The notes under the pieces: model-generated
Seen by the model: the letters and a program-made list of their open reading frames with translations, nothing else
What the model was told of the DNA's origin: nothing
Databases searched by the model: none
Assembly (NCBI GenBank): GCA_964016885.1
Contig: CAXHJY010000897.1
Location: 1 to 24,202 of the forward strand
Origin: Eledone cirrhosa
Lineage: Eukaryota
DNA length: 24,202 nt
Direction of reading: 5' to 3'
Program-made: the position numbers and the translations under genes
Shown: piece by piece, positions 23,066 through 24,202 of the stretch
Numbering within the stretch: the first letter of the stretch is position 1
How the letters are laid out: each line of letters begins with the position of its first letter

Positions 23066-23290
23066 GGGTGGTGGGTTGGCAGAATCGGTAGAGCGTCGGA
23101 TGGCAAGCTTTGCGGCATAGCGTTGCACCGTTTACGCTCTGGGTTCAAATCCCACCGAGGTTAGCTTTGCCTTTCATCCTCACGGGATCGATAAATTAAA
23201 GTACCAGTAATGCTCTGGAGTCGTTTTAATCGACTTTCTTCTCCCCCCAAATTACTGGCCTTATGCCTAAATCAGAAACCATTATGATTA
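23066..23290 (+). mobile_element. tRNA-derived SINE, near full length
   Basis: TGGCAGAATCGG A box, GGTTCAAATCC B box (23142-23152), GCCTTTCATCCTCACGGGATCGATAAATTAAAGTACCAG central domain, ATT-rich tail. Confidence 0.85.
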
Positions 23291-23293
23291 CAT

Positions 23294-23338
23294 GTGGTGA
23301 ATTGGCAGAATCGGTAGGGCGTCGGACAGCAAGCTTTG
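23294..23338 (+). mobile_element. Truncated SINE head
   Basis: Close match to 23068-23112; ends at the (TA)n tract. Confidence 0.75.
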
Positions 23339-23340
23339 TT

Positions 23341-23400
<60 letters not shown>

Positions 23401-23462
23401 TATATATATTATATATATATATATATGTATATGTGTATATATATAATATATATATATATGTG

Positions 23463-23509
<47 letters not shown>

Positions 23510-23819
23510 TATATATATGTATATGTATGTATATATATATATGTATATGTGTATATAAACATGTATATATATATATGTATATATATATATGTATATATAT
23601 ACATGTATATATGTATATATATATGTATATATATACATGTATATATGTATATATATATATACACGTATATATGTATATATATATGTATATGTATATATAT
23701 ATGTATATATATATGTCTATATATATATACACGTGTATATGTATATATATATGTATATATATATATATACACGTATATATGTATATATATATGTATATAT
23801 ATATATACATGTATATATG

Positions 23820-23868
<49 letters not shown>

Positions 23869-24142
23869 ATATATATATGTATATATATGTATATATGTAT
23901 ATGTATATGTATATATATATGTATGTATATATATATGTATATATATATATATATATATATGTGTATATATGTATATGTATATATGTGTATATATATATAT
24001 GTGTATATATATGTATATGTATATATATGTGTATGTTATATATATGTGTATATATATATATGTGTATATATATATATATGTGTATATATATATGTATATG
24101 TATATATATGTGTATATATATATATGTGTATATATATATGTG

Positions 24143-24175
<33 letters not shown>

Positions 24176-24202
24176 GTATATATATGTGTATATATATATA
24201 TG
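23341..24202. repeat. Long (TA)n/(TATG)n compound microsatellite running to the window edge
   Basis: Directly visible in the sequence. Confidence 0.95.

Noticed and set aside
23066-23160. tRNA gene candidate
   Set aside because: A and B boxes are present but there is no cloverleaf, and the sequence continues into a SINE body repeated nearby.

Overview
AT-rich eukaryotic repeat-dominated DNA with no recognisable host protein-coding gene. The SINE and RTE families and the extreme (TA)n/(CA)n content resemble octopus/cephalopod DNA; this is recognition from memory, not a search result. Nearly all ORFs in the supplied track are microsatellite artefacts. Supported content: two Penelope-like elements (PLEs; RT + C-terminal GIY-YIG, Naiad-type), one carrying ~510-bp inverted pseudo-LTRs that each end in a type I hammerhead ribozyme (HHR); further short non-coding HHR-bearing elements between 7.5 and 12.5 kb, including a 472-bp unit with a terminal direct repeat and an inverted arm (retrozyme-like); RTE and CRE LINE remnants; a 2.1-kb non-autonomous LTR element with a 4-bp TSD and an over-long tRNA-Trp PBS, nested inside a MITE; tRNA-derived SINEs; micro- and minisatellites. 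The best candidate for an undescribed system is the set of sequence-unrelated hammerhead mini-elements sitting beside the PLE that could mobilise them.
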